From: Bdellovibrionota bacterium
Lineage (GTDB): Bacteria > Bdellovibrionota_C > UBA2361 > JAAYZI01
Assembly (NCBI GenBank): GCA_050950765.1
Contig: JBMNIF010000001.1
Location: forward strand, 128,001 to 192,000
DNA length: 64,000 nucleotides
Reading direction: 5' to 3'
Shown here: one piece after another, positions 1-9,947 of the stretch
Layout of the letters: each line of letters opens with the position of its first letter
Position numbering within the stretch: the stretch's first letter is position 1
Translations under genes and position numbers: made by a program
The notes under the pieces: model-generated
Seen by the model: the letters and a program-made list of their open reading frames with translations, nothing else
What the model was told of the DNA's origin: nothing
Database searches by the model: none

Positions 1-1
1 T

Positions 2-1414
2 AAAAATGAACAGGTCTTACTCCTCACAGCAACTGTTTATCAATCCTTAGATCTGATAGAGGAAGCAGAAAAAACATATCAGAAAGTTATAAAAAATAAT
101 CCAAACTCTTTGGAAGCACACGTGCTTTTATCAAGTTTATACACTAAACAGGGGGAAATTGACGAAGCGTTCTCTGTTTTAAGGGAACTTGCTGCAAATG
201 ATACGCATAAAACTTTGGCACAGTATTACATTGCTCATATTTATGAGTTGCAAGGAGATTTTGAAAAAGCGGAAGAAGGGTATCTTGCCGTATATAACAG
301 CGCAGAAAAAAATGATGCTGTTATTAATGATATCTTACGAGTTTATTTAGCTAATAATCAAACCGATCGGGCAGTTAGCTTTTGTGAGGAGATCGTAAAA
401 AAAGAGCCTAAAAATATCGTAGTAAGACAGACTTTAAGCCAACTTTTTGTTGCTTTGAAACGGTATGATGAGGCGGTGTTACAACTTAGAGCGTTAAGTG
501 AATTAGAAGAGAGTCCGAAGGAAAGCCTTTTTAAGATAGCTTTAATTCGTGCGCAGCAACAGAAGTTTGATGAAGCAGAAAATGAGTTTAGAAATATCTT
601 AGATAAAGATCCGAGATATGCTGAAGCTAGGTATTATTTAGCTTCTACTTACGCATTTAACGGTAAAAATAGAGCTGCTATCGAAGAGCTTTTGCAGATA
701 AATTATCCGAAAAAGATGGTGGCACGAGCACGCTCTTATGCAGCTTTCTTGTATAGACAAGAAGGAGATCTTACAAGAGCTGTTCTGGTTGCAAAAGAAG
801 CCTTTGAAGCAAATCCTAAAGATAAGAAAACTATTTCAATGCTCTTGATGTTGCTTAGAGAGTGTGGAAGAGAGAGCGAGGCTATTGAAGTGATAGAAAA
901 GTGCCTTGCTGATAATCCAGAAGATATTACATTGTGGTTTCAATATGGAGTAATCCTAAGTGAAAGCGGTAATAATGCAGCAGCTGTTGAAAAAATGTTC
1001 AAAGTGCTGGAGCTCGATCCCGATCACGCTAATGCCCTTAATTTTATCGCTTATACCTATGCTGAGAACGGAAAAAATCTCGATGAAGCTTTGCAAATGA
1101 TCCGTAAAGCTTTGGAGTTTAGCCCTGAAGATGGCTTTTTAATTGATACGCTAGGTTGGGTGTATTACAAACAGGGGCGTTTAAAAGATGCCGAAAAAGA
1201 GTTGGCGAAAGCAGTTAGTATTGTGGAGACAGATATTGTGATTTTAGAACATTACGGTGATGTTTTATCTGAATTGGGTAAAAGAGATGAGGCCACTGCT
1301 ATCTACAAAAAAGCCTTAGAGTACGCTTCTGCTGATGAAACTGTTAAAAGTCCGGAAGAAGAACAGGCGCTTAAACGTATTTCTGAAAAATTAAATAGAT
1401 CTGAAGTTAATTAG
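2..1414 (+). CDS. Tetratricopeptide-repeat protein, 5'-partial (frame is open from the window edge)
   Basis: Many TPR units; C-terminal NFIAYTYAENG...DTLGWVYYKQG...EHYGDVL motif typical of the envelope TPR protein encoded next to lolB-like genes. No stop codon between base 2 and the TTG at 110. Confidence 0.9.
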   Translation, partial: KNEQVLLLTATVYQSLDLIEEAEKTYQKVIKNNPNSLEAHVLLSSLYTKQGEIDEAFSVLRELAANDTHKTLAQYYIAHIYELQGDFEKAEEGYLAVYNSAEKNDAVINDILRVYLANNQTDRAVSFCEEIVKKEPKNIVVRQTLSQLFVALKRYDEAVLQLRALSELEESPKESLFKIALIRAQQQKFDEAENEFRNILDKDPRYAEARYYLASTYAFNGKNRAAIEELLQINYPKKMVARARSYAAFLYRQEGDLTRAVLVAKEAFEANPKDKKTISMLLMLLRECGRESEAIEVIEKCLADNPEDITLWFQYGVILSESGNNAAAVEKMFKVLELDPDHANALNFIAYTYAENGKNLDEALQMIRKALEFSPEDGFLIDTLGWVYYKQGRLKDAEKELAKAVSIVETDIVILEHYGDVLSELGKRDEATAIYKKALEYASADETVKSPEEEQALKRISEKLNRSEVN

Positions 1415-1445
1415 ATTTAAAATAAAAATTTCTTTACGAGGAGTT

Positions 1446-2243
1446 ATGTCTAGGTATCTTACGTTACTGTTTTTAGTGATAGGTTTAACAGCTTGTGCGG
1501 TGCGCTATCCTGTCTTGCCAAAACAGACAGTGACAGAAAATGAATTGCAAAAAATTGTAGCTGCTGTTTCTAAAAAGAGCGCAGAGGTTTTTTCTTTAAA
1601 AGCCCTTTCAAAAACACGACTCTCTTATAAAAAAGATCGAATGGTGCTGAAACATGCCATCAGCGCTCTACGTCCAAAGATGTTAAGGGTAGACACCTTG
1701 CCGCAGATGGGTGCCTTTACATTGGGAATACTTGTTGCGACAGATGAAGGTGTAATATTTTTAGATCCGTCTGCAAAAGAGGTGTTAAGATCTCGAGATG
1801 AGGCGTTGCTGATTGAAAAAACCTTAGGAATTCCACTAACTGCTAATGAGATCTTTGCTTATGTAACAGCTAGAGTTCCGAATGACCTTTTAAAAGCAGG
1901 TTCTAACTCTGCTTCAATTAAAGGTTACCGCGATGATAACGGCGATTATATCTTGGTTTGGGAAAACTTTCGTTACTATTGGAAGATTGGCGCTAATGAT
2001 CTCTTGTTAAAAGAGTTTCAATCATATGATCGTTTTAACGGAAAGTTATCACTGGTAATTACTTACGACGGCGATCTTAAAAGTGAAGATATCCCCCTAA
2101 AACGCAACGTACATATCGCCTTTCCAAGAAAAGGGGTGACAGTGCAACTACTTTTTTCAACGTTAGTTGCTAACGGAGAGATCCCAACCTCACGCTTTGA
2201 AGTTATCATCCCTGATGATTACAAAGTACGAGAGGTCTCGTAA
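1446..2243 (+). CDS. Lipoprotein, LolB/LolA-fold (DUF4292-like)
   Basis: Lipobox LTAC; beta-rich body; directly follows the TPR gene. Confidence 0.6.
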   Translation: MSRYLTLLFLVIGLTACAVRYPVLPKQTVTENELQKIVAAVSKKSAEVFSLKALSKTRLSYKKDRMVLKHAISALRPKMLRVDTLPQMGAFTLGILVATDEGVIFLDPSAKEVLRSRDEALLIEKTLGIPLTANEIFAYVTARVPNDLLKAGSNSASIKGYRDDNGDYILVWENFRYYWKIGANDLLLKEFQSYDRFNGKLSLVITYDGDLKSEDIPLKRNVHIAFPRKGVTVQLLFSTLVANGEIPTSRFEVIIPDDYKVREVS

Positions 2244-2346
2244 TGCCTTTAGTAAACACCGATCCGGGCAACTTAGATCAAAGCTTCCTCATAAAAAATA
2301 TAGGGAAGCCTTATCAGTTTTGATAGAAAAATAGTTTGTTCTATTT

Positions 2347-2529
2347 TTAACTATAAGAAGGCAACTTTTTGCCGTGCTCAGTAAGAATCTTTTCAATTGC
2401 TAGAGAGGCTAAGACATAGCCTTCTTCTTTGGTTTTTCCTGATTTGAGAGCGATTTGAGTAATCGCCTCGATTAATTCACCAACCGTAGTTTCTACTGCT
2501 TGATCGTTTTGAGTTACTTCAGAGTTCAT
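2347..2529 (-). CDS. Small hypothetical protein (TTVGELIEAI motif)
   Basis: 60-aa ORF with an AAGG RBS-like sequence upstream. Confidence 0.55.
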   Translation of the reverse strand: MNSEVTQNDQAVETTVGELIEAITQIALKSGKTKEEGYVLASLAIEKILTEHGKKLPSYS

Positions 2530-2849
2530 AGTTTACCTTTTAAAACCACCATAACCTTAATTGGTTAATGAAAACACACATCTGTTAAACTAAGATGCAC
2601 AAACGTCAGAAGGTATTCAAAAAAATGAAGTTTAAAAATGAAAAAAAGTGGTAGTAGCACCACTCTGTTCCATAACCTTATTATATACTATATTTTAGAA
2701 GGCGGCGAAGTTTATTTATTAAAGATGAAACGAAAGTTCTAATCTAAAAATATCCACAATTTAGCTGAAATACTACATAATTAGGGGCAAAAATACTTTA
2801 TTTTGGTAAATGGAATAAAATCATTCAGCGGAATAACACACGGGTGACG

Positions 2850-3515
2850 TTATTTAATAGAGGCTTTCAGATAATAGATCGGCATCCCTTTTGAATGAAA
2901 CATCTTCTCAAATTCAGTCACCCCCCGTTTCGGGATGGGATTATCTTTATATAAGTCATGCACTAGCTCCGTAATTTGATAATGGGGATGTTGTGCAATA
3001 ATTTTAGCAGTTGATTCAAAATAGTTTAGGTGGTCTGTTTTATATGAAAAGAAACCTCGATCTCGGATTAAGGTAGCTAAAAGATCGATATATGCAGGTT
3101 GGAGGATTCTGAATTTTTTCCATTTCTCCAGCTCCCAAGGATCAGGGAAATTTATATAGACTCCGGCTAGAAATTTCTGCGGGAAAATTTGAGAGATAAA
3201 ATTAGCATCAGTGCGAACAGCTAAGATATTGTTAAGGGATAATCGCTCCGCTTTTTTAGCGATGTTAAAGGCACGTTTAAATCTTAATTCGAACCCGAGA
3301 AAGAGAGTGTCGGGGTTGTCTTGTGCAAGTTCAACTAAGTGCCCGCCTGAACCACAACAAACTTCACAGATGACATCTGAAAAATGGGTGCATTTTTCAC
3401 GGATAGCAGTGATCTGCTCCGTAGATAACTTATCACGCTCCCCGAAGACGATATAATCCGGCTTGGTTTGAATTAATGTTATATACGGATTTATCCATTT
3501 TTTTCTTTCCTGCAT
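2850..3515 (-). CDS. trmB: tRNA (guanine-N7)-methyltransferase
   Basis: EVCCGSG SAM-binding motif, INFPDPW, KTDH, TEFE. Confidence 0.93.
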   Translation of the reverse strand: MQERKKWINPYITLIQTKPDYIVFGERDKLSTEQITAIREKCTHFSDVICEVCCGSGGHLVELAQDNPDTLFLGFELRFKRAFNIAKKAERLSLNNILAVRTDANFISQIFPQKFLAGVYINFPDPWELEKWKKFRILQPAYIDLLATLIRDRGFFSYKTDHLNYFESTAKIIAQHPHYQITELVHDLYKDNPIPKRGVTEFEKMFHSKGMPIYYLKASIK

Positions 3516-3761
3516 GCGCCGTAAGATACGTGATATTTCAGATAGTGCAAATATGACAACCCCAATTTTAAGTACTTTAATTGCTCACGGGCAATAATTA
3601 AGGCACCTGCCTCGCCCGTTATTAAAGAAAAAAATAAATAAAAGTAAGATGTTATAAAGTAATATCATATACTGTTCTAAAATATATGACTTTCTCTTTA
3701 GTTTTCATTACAATGCTGCAACGTTTGATTATATTATACCCGCTTGGAGAGGGGAGAAGTT

Positions 3762-5963
3762 ATGGCAAATACAGCTGATGATATAAAATCCGGACAAGTA
3801 AGTTCCGAAAGTGTTCCGTCTAAGAAAAATCAAAAATCTGTAAAAAGAAAAAAAACAACTAAGCAGACAAAAGATGAAGCTCAAAAGACACCAAAGAAGA
3901 TGGAGTCTGAGCTAACACCGAAGGCTGCTTCCGGAGATACTCTCAGTATGAGTGCAAAGGCAGTGGAGGTTACGAGAGCGGCTATTGCGAATCAGGAGGC
4001 TGCAGAAACAGGGGCTCGAGCAAAAACAAAAGCTGAGATTATCCCTATCAACCCTGAAGTCGTTGTATCTGATGCGCCTTTAGCAAGTCAGCAAGAACGG
4101 ATTGAAGCTGTCGCTAAGATCTTGGATGAATCTGGAAAGATAAATGATGCTGAGTCACGAGCAGCTACGAAAACTTTTATCTTCGATGATGTAAATGATG
4201 TAACAAAAGAAGATGAGAGTTCAACCCTTGATGAAGCGCAAGATGTTTCCGCTGATGTAGTTAAGGTTGAAGAAAAGAGTAGCGTTGAAGCAAAGGATAA
4301 TGCAGAACAGGTTTTACAAGAACCTTCTTCAGTTTTAACTAAAGATGCAGATGTAAAACCTCCTTTTGAATTCGTAAGCAAATGTGAGAATTCTTGTGAG
4401 AATTCTGGAGCTGCTTTGGCAGCTGTAAGGGCGGCTGCTGTTAAATCTGCCGCTAAAAAAGAGGGACGGTGGTTCTCGCGCTTATTATCACTCGCTATAA
4501 TCGTTATCTTTTCAGTTGTAATAGTTAATTTCTTAAGGAGTGGTGTTTCAACGCCTTCAACTGATCTTAGTTTAGATCACGTTGATTCGTACGCTATTCA
4601 AGATGATCTTTTTGATAATGTTCCTGTAGAAGGGGCACAAAAAGAGGGAACAACCGTAAAAGTTGAAAATAAAGAGAGCGCTACAAAGAAGCCCATTGTT
4701 GTTGCGGAAGTTAAAGTTGAAAGTGATGTTAAGGCAAGAAACTCTGCTAGAGTAGCTGAAAAAATTGATGCTGCTGCTAAAGCTGTGACAGAAGCGGAGT
4801 CACAAGTGATGTTGGCACCTGCTTATTTAAAAGGCTCTGAGTTTGAAAATGTAGAACAGGCTAAAGCTGGGCTTATTGCTGGTTTTAAGCGTGGTAGGGT
4901 CGGGCTTAAAGAAAGAGAGAGTGTCTCATCTTTAATTGCTAATAAGAGTATGGCGGCAGGTATCTCTCCCACTTTAGTTGCTTCCGTTGTAATGGCGGAG
5001 AGCTATTTTGATCAAAAAGCTGTATCAAGAAGTGGGAAAAAAGGTTTGATGCAGATCTCTCCAGAGCGAGAAGCTTTGATTAAACAGCTACGTGGTGGTG
5101 ATGCTAAAGCAGGAGATCTTTTCGATCCAGAATACAATTTAGAGTTAGGTGTTTGGTATCTTAAATATTTATTGAATAAATATGATGGTAATTTACAAAA
5201 AGCTTTGTTGGCTTATTCATGGAATGAAGAGACGTTACAAAATGTTTTAGATGGAAGTGAGAAAGCCCCCAGATGGGCAGGGCTCTATTTTGCAAATGTT
5301 CAAAGGTACTATAACGCTATCACAGGCTCTAAGGGACCTCGCTTAGTGTTGTCGTTGCCGACAGCGGAAAGAAACCTTCCGAAAAAAGTTAGTAGCATTA
5401 AGGTAGCGGAGCAAAAAGTTGAAACCGAGCAAGAGGCTTGGGAAAAGGCGATTATGGCTGTTGGGCGGCACGTCTCGCCACAGACAAAAACAGAGATTAT
5501 CTCTTTAATTAAGGAGCAGAGTCTGATCTATGCTATGGATCCGGCTTTTATCTCCTCCATAATCATGGCAGAGAGTGCTTTTAATCCGTCAAGTAAATCA
5601 AAGACGGGTAAAAGAGGGTTGTTTCAGTTGGAGCCTGAGTGGGCGAAAATTGTTGCAGCTACTCTTGGGGTGACTTGGCAAGATGATGCTGCCTTGTTTG
5701 AGCCTGCTTATAATATTGAATTAGGGGTGGCGTACTTACAACACTTACAGCTGCTTTTTGATGATGACGAGGAAAAGGCTGCTATCGCTTTTAATCTTAC
5801 TCCGTATAGGGTTTCACGCATCCTTGCTGGTAAAAAGAGACTTCCAGCTTCTGCTGAACTTTATGTTAAAAACGTTAAGAAGTATTGTGAGCAGTTCGGT
5901 TGCACTAAAAAAGTAGCTACTGAATACATTGAACGTTTAAAGAGGGTGCAATTAAAGAAATAG
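3762..5963 (+). CDS. Membrane-anchored protein with two lytic transglycosylase (SLT) domains
   Basis: Disordered N-terminus, one TM helix, two AES...GL(M/F)Q...P.YN.ELG..YL domains; ATG at 3762 follows GAGGGGAG. Confidence 0.85.
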   Translation: MANTADDIKSGQVSSESVPSKKNQKSVKRKKTTKQTKDEAQKTPKKMESELTPKAASGDTLSMSAKAVEVTRAAIANQEAAETGARAKTKAEIIPINPEVVVSDAPLASQQERIEAVAKILDESGKINDAESRAATKTFIFDDVNDVTKEDESSTLDEAQDVSADVVKVEEKSSVEAKDNAEQVLQEPSSVLTKDADVKPPFEFVSKCENSCENSGAALAAVRAAAVKSAAKKEGRWFSRLLSLAIIVIFSVVIVNFLRSGVSTPSTDLSLDHVDSYAIQDDLFDNVPVEGAQKEGTTVKVENKESATKKPIVVAEVKVESDVKARNSARVAEKIDAAAKAVTEAESQVMLAPAYLKGSEFENVEQAKAGLIAGFKRGRVGLKERESVSSLIANKSMAAGISPTLVASVVMAESYFDQKAVSRSGKKGLMQISPEREALIKQLRGGDAKAGDLFDPEYNLELGVWYLKYLLNKYDGNLQKALLAYSWNEETLQNVLDGSEKAPRWAGLYFANVQRYYNAITGSKGPRLVLSLPTAERNLPKKVSSIKVAEQKVETEQEAWEKAIMAVGRHVSPQTKTEIISLIKEQSLIYAMDPAFISSIIMAESAFNPSSKSKTGKRGLFQLEPEWAKIVAATLGVTWQDDAALFEPAYNIELGVAYLQHLQLLFDDDEEKAAIAFNLTPYRVSRILAGKKRLPASAELYVKNVKKYCEQFGCTKKVATEYIERLKRVQLKK

Positions 5964-5994
5964 ACTACAAAAAGTAATTAAGTAGATAATAAAT

Positions 5995-6037
5995 AAAAAA
6001 GGGAGCGAGGTTGTTTTTTATACCTGCTCCCTTTTTT
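5995..6037. terminator. Bidirectional rho-independent terminator
   Basis: AAAAAAGGGAGC-g-AGGT...ACCT-GCTCCCTTTTTT hairpin between convergent genes. Confidence 0.8.
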
Positions 6038-6047
6038 AGTATGGAAC

Positions 6048-7631
6048 TTAGTCTATACGAGAGCCTGTGCCAGGAACCTTCCAACAATAAGTTCCGCCAT
6101 TATAATGATCCGCTGCGAAGATGTGTGCTCCGAACGGTAGCCGTTTGCTGTATAAACGGAAATGACTACGTCCGCCGTTTGCAACACCTGTATATTTCGT
6201 TTTTGCTATGAGCTTATAGCTTCTTGGACTTAGGACACGACCGTTAGAAAATCCAGCTCCAGGGGTTAAATATACAGTACCTGGATGAAAGTCTGAGTTC
6301 TTAGCAAGAAATCCCATGTTCCCATCTCGAGCATTCAATATCTCGGTACAAGGTGTTCTTGCCATACCTGTATTAGAACCGTACTGAACGATTGATGTGA
6401 CATACCCTATCTCATTGGCAACAAAGTAGTCGTCATCTTTTTCACTATTCTTACCGGGGGTTGTTTTTCCATCTCCTCCATTAGCACTACCACCACCACT
6501 ACCACCACCATTAGAGCCGTTATCACCGATAATCCTTTCGCACTCTTCGAAATTATCTTCCTCCTTCTCCAAGATATTAAGGATACGCATCATTTCCGGA
6601 TAGTTGCCAGCTGCTACAGCAGCATTTAACTTATCAACTAAAGCTAAAATCTTATTGCAGTATGCGGCATCAACCTTTTGACTGTAAGCTTGAGTGGCAT
6701 AGGGGCGTTTTAATCCGAGAGCTAAGTTTAGTGTGACGACCCTTGTGCTTTTTGTCTGCGGATTTATAAGTCTAATCGTCGCCGTATCCGTACTGTAATT
6801 AAGCGCTTCTCCTATGGCGAGATCTGATATTGTGTTTGATGAGAAAAAGCCAGTAAAAGCTTTTGATGTTGTCGTTTTAACAAAAGAGTTTCGCTGAACC
6901 TTTTCTCCAAAGAGTTGCAATCTCTTGGGGGTGGATTGAACGATAAATCCAACTCTCCCTTCACTTAAAAGGACGGGAAAGGTACGTTGAGCATGAGTGG
7001 CGATTCTTATTTTTTTCTTTCTTCTAGAACCGTTTTTATAAGTGATAAAGTTTCTCTTCCCTGAAAGCTTTTTGGTGCTTCCTTTTGCATCAAGAAAATT
7101 TTTATTTAACTCTTCAAGTTTCAACGATGCTACATTAGCTCCGTTTAAAGTTAAAAGCGGCACAGCATCACTTAAGGCTGGAAGCTTGACCCTTGTAGTA
7201 TTTGCAGCATTAATAGCGGGGTCTAAATAAATCCTCACAATATTTTTTTTGTATTGAACAGCGAGGTCGCTTATTCCGTTTTTATTGTAATCAAGAGAAA
7301 AGATACGTAGCGCATTTTTTCCTAAGTTTATTTCAGTTCTAGCTCTACCAGAATTATCCAGAATAAAAGCGGAGAGATTTTTTTTCTTTAAAATAAGTGC
7401 AACAACGGAGTGTTTGTTCGCTATCCAATTACCTGATAAAAATTGTGCGTTTTTATAAGCATTATCGATAGGAATATCTGAAAGGTGGGCTCCCGTGCCA
7501 CTATAAACACGGATAAACTTGCCTCCACTATTATTTGTGGCGGTGATGTAAAAGTTATCAAGAGCAAAAGCTGCTTGAGTTTGAAAGAAGAACATACTTA
7601 AAACTAGAAATAAAACGCTTAATCTCTTCAT
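6048..7631 (-). CDS. Secreted hypothetical protein (FG-GAP-like motif, Gly-rich linker, small Cys-containing C-terminal domain)
   Basis: Signal peptide MKRLSVLF...AFA; DYNKNGISD; GGGSGGGS linker. Start moved from 7667 to the ATG at 7631. Confidence 0.7.
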   Translation of the reverse strand: MKRLSVLFLVLSMFFFQTQAAFALDNFYITATNNSGGKFIRVYSGTGAHLSDIPIDNAYKNAQFLSGNWIANKHSVVALILKKKNLSAFILDNSGRARTEINLGKNALRIFSLDYNKNGISDLAVQYKKNIVRIYLDPAINAANTTRVKLPALSDAVPLLTLNGANVASLKLEELNKNFLDAKGSTKKLSGKRNFITYKNGSRRKKKIRIATHAQRTFPVLLSEGRVGFIVQSTPKRLQLFGEKVQRNSFVKTTTSKAFTGFFSSNTISDLAIGEALNYSTDTATIRLINPQTKSTRVVTLNLALGLKRPYATQAYSQKVDAAYCNKILALVDKLNAAVAAGNYPEMMRILNILEKEEDNFEECERIIGDNGSNGGGSGGGSANGGDGKTTPGKNSEKDDDYFVANEIGYVTSIVQYGSNTGMARTPCTEILNARDGNMGFLAKNSDFHPGTVYLTPGAGFSNGRVLSPRSYKLIAKTKYTGVANGGRSHFRLYSKRLPFGAHIFAADHYNGGTYCWKVPGTGSRID

Positions 7632-7942
7632 ATTAACTCCGCAAAATAGTTTAAGAGGCACAACCATACACCTCTAATATCGTGCTAAAGGTGGGTTTTG
7701 ATCCTAGCTCTCTTTCTAAAAAATAATGGCTAACCCCCTTAAATTTATTCTGTTTTGCTAGGAAAAGGAGTGGATGGGGTTGGAAATTGTTACTAATGGA
7801 TTGTTTTTATTTATAAAAATAAATAGAGAAGCAGAAATATCAGTATTGATGATCTCTCTTCTGAAAGTCGGATTGTTTTTACTAATGATATCTTTCAATA
7901 TATTAAATATTTTAAGTAATGATTAAAAAGAGGGGTCGTAAT

Positions 7943-8386
7943 ATGAGATTTTTAAGTGGAACAAAATTATTGCTAACTCTTTTAATTCCAATAACTTTGA
8001 CTTCATGTTCGTGGTTTAGTAACCCCTATGTTAAAAGCGGTACGGTAGGTGGCGTGGTTGGTGCTGGCGTTGGCGCTGGAACAGGAGCTTTAGTCGGAAG
8101 CGCGATCTCCAGTGGTGATGTCGCTGCAAGCACCTTATTGGGTGGTGGCATAGGGTTGCCGGTGGGAATCCTCGCTGGTGTCTTGGTGCAATCCTATACG
8201 GAGAAAAGCGAAATCGAGAAAAATAGTGAAACCATCCAAGCAAACTATCAATATATCATGTCTCGTCAAAGAGAGATTGATGAAGAAAGAGAAAGGCTTA
8301 TAGAAGACTCCTTAACGATAACACCTGATAAGCATTTACGTGCTGAAATCTACACCGGTCCCACAATAGGCACTTATAATAGATAA
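7943..8386 (+). CDS. Glycine-zipper lipoprotein
   Basis: Lipobox LTSC; GGVVGAGVGAGTGALVG. Confidence 0.75.
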   Translation: MRFLSGTKLLLTLLIPITLTSCSWFSNPYVKSGTVGGVVGAGVGAGTGALVGSAISSGDVAASTLLGGGIGLPVGILAGVLVQSYTEKSEIEKNSETIQANYQYIMSRQREIDEERERLIEDSLTITPDKHLRAEIYTGPTIGTYNR

Positions 8387-8419
8387 ATACCTATTGTGAA
8401 CTCAATCTGTTCTTAGGTG

Positions 8420-9652
8420 TTATCCGTTACAGCAACAACATCTACTGGTTGCTACTGCGGTAGCTTCGTTATTGAGTAGAAGCTCTTTTGGGAAGAGATC
8501 TCGCAACTGTTCTACTTTATCTGTCCTTTCCCAAGTAAAATACCCGTCTTTAGTTGGGGTTCTGCCGAAGTGACCATAAGTTGCAGTTTTCTTATAAATG
8601 GGTCTTAACAGATCTAGAGACTCTATAATTCCACGTGGCGTTAAAGAGAAGATCTTGCGTACAGCAGCTGAAATTTTAGCATCTTCAATTTTAGCAGTAC
8701 CGAAAGTATTAACAAAGACTGAAACAGGTTCTGCTACCCCAATGGCGTAAGCGATCTGCACTTCGCATCTCTCTGCTATTCCAGCAGCAACTATGTTTTT
8801 GGCGATATGACGTGCGGCATAAGCTCCAGAGCGGTCGACCTTTGAAGGATCCTTACCTGAAAAAGCACCACCTCCGTGTCTACCGTAACCGCCATACGTA
8901 TCAACTATAATTTTACGTCCCGTTAGACCACAATCACCAACAGGGCCGCCGATCACAAAACGGCCTGTCGGATTAACGAAGATCTTAGTGTCTGCTTTTA
9001 AAAGCTTACACGGAATAACTTTTTTTATAACATTTTCTGTTATAAAGCCTTCTAATTCTGTTAGTGATTTATCAGCGCTATGTTGAGTGGAAACAACAAT
9101 AGTATCAACAGCCAGCGGCGTGTTTCCGTTATAACGAACAGAGACCTGCGTCTTGGAATCAGGCTTTAAAAAATCAACGCCACCTTCTTTGCGAACTCTG
9201 CTTAATTCAAAAGCTAACTTATGAGAGAGCGATATCGGAAGTGGCATCAGCTCAGGGGTCTCGTTGCAGGCGAATCCAAACATCAAACCTTGATCCCCAG
9301 CACCCTGTTCTTTTTGATCCGAGCTATCTACGCCCATGCTGATATCAGGTGATTGTTGATTGATAAACTGCATTATTTTACACGTGCTGTCGGAGAACCC
9401 TAAAGCTGGATCGGTGTATCCGATCTCTTTAAGAATTTCTTTTATGATCTGTTCATAGTTAATTGCAGCACTTGAAGTAATTTCACCAGCAAGAATGATA
9501 TTTTCATTTTTAACTAATGCTTCGCAAGCGACACGACTAGCCCTATCTTTTGCTAAAAGTGCGTCGAGAATGGCATCACTAATCTGATCTGCAACTTTAT
9601 CAGGGTGCCCTTCAGAAACTGATTCCGAAGTAAAAACGTAAGAGTTCGTCAT
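8420..9652 (-). CDS. metK: S-adenosylmethionine synthetase
   Basis: [35 protein letters not shown]. Confidence 0.98.
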   Translation of the reverse strand: MTNSYVFTSESVSEGHPDKVADQISDAILDALLAKDRASRVACEALVKNENIILAGEITSSAAINYEQIIKEILKEIGYTDPALGFSDSTCKIMQFINQQSPDISMGVDSSDQKEQGAGDQGLMFGFACNETPELMPLPISLSHKLAFELSRVRKEGGVDFLKPDSKTQVSVRYNGNTPLAVDTIVVSTQHSADKSLTELEGFITENVIKKVIPCKLLKADTKIFVNPTGRFVIGGPVGDCGLTGRKIIVDTYGGYGRHGGGAFSGKDPSKVDRSGAYAARHIAKNIVAAGIAERCEVQIAYAIGVAEPVSVFVNTFGTAKIEDAKISAAVRKIFSLTPRGIIESLDLLRPIYKKTATYGHFGRTPTKDGYFTWERTDKVEQLRDLFPKELLLNNEATAVATSRCCCCNG

Positions 9653-9947
9653 ATTTCAACCTCCAGTGGATTTAATGTAGATCACTTCGCAGATATCAGC
9701 AGTTGGGGTCCTTGCCGGATGTGTAGAAATGATATTTTAGCATAGTATTACTGCATGAGGCGTCATCGTGCAAGGTCTCAGTGTTATGAATTTCCCCCCT
9801 TGATATATAAGGTTTTCACCTTTTGGATAAATAAGAAATAGGATCCATGATTTTAAAATATTGAGATTAAAAGCGCAGTTTTTTGGGGCTACCGAGTTCC
9901 CCGCCATATTGTTATCCTCTTGAAAAAATTACCTGTTTTTAAAGGTC

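Noticed and set aside
9655..9800. SAM riboswitch upstream of metK
   Set aside because: I could not find the SAM-I core elements by eye; a covariance-model search would be needed to exclude other classes
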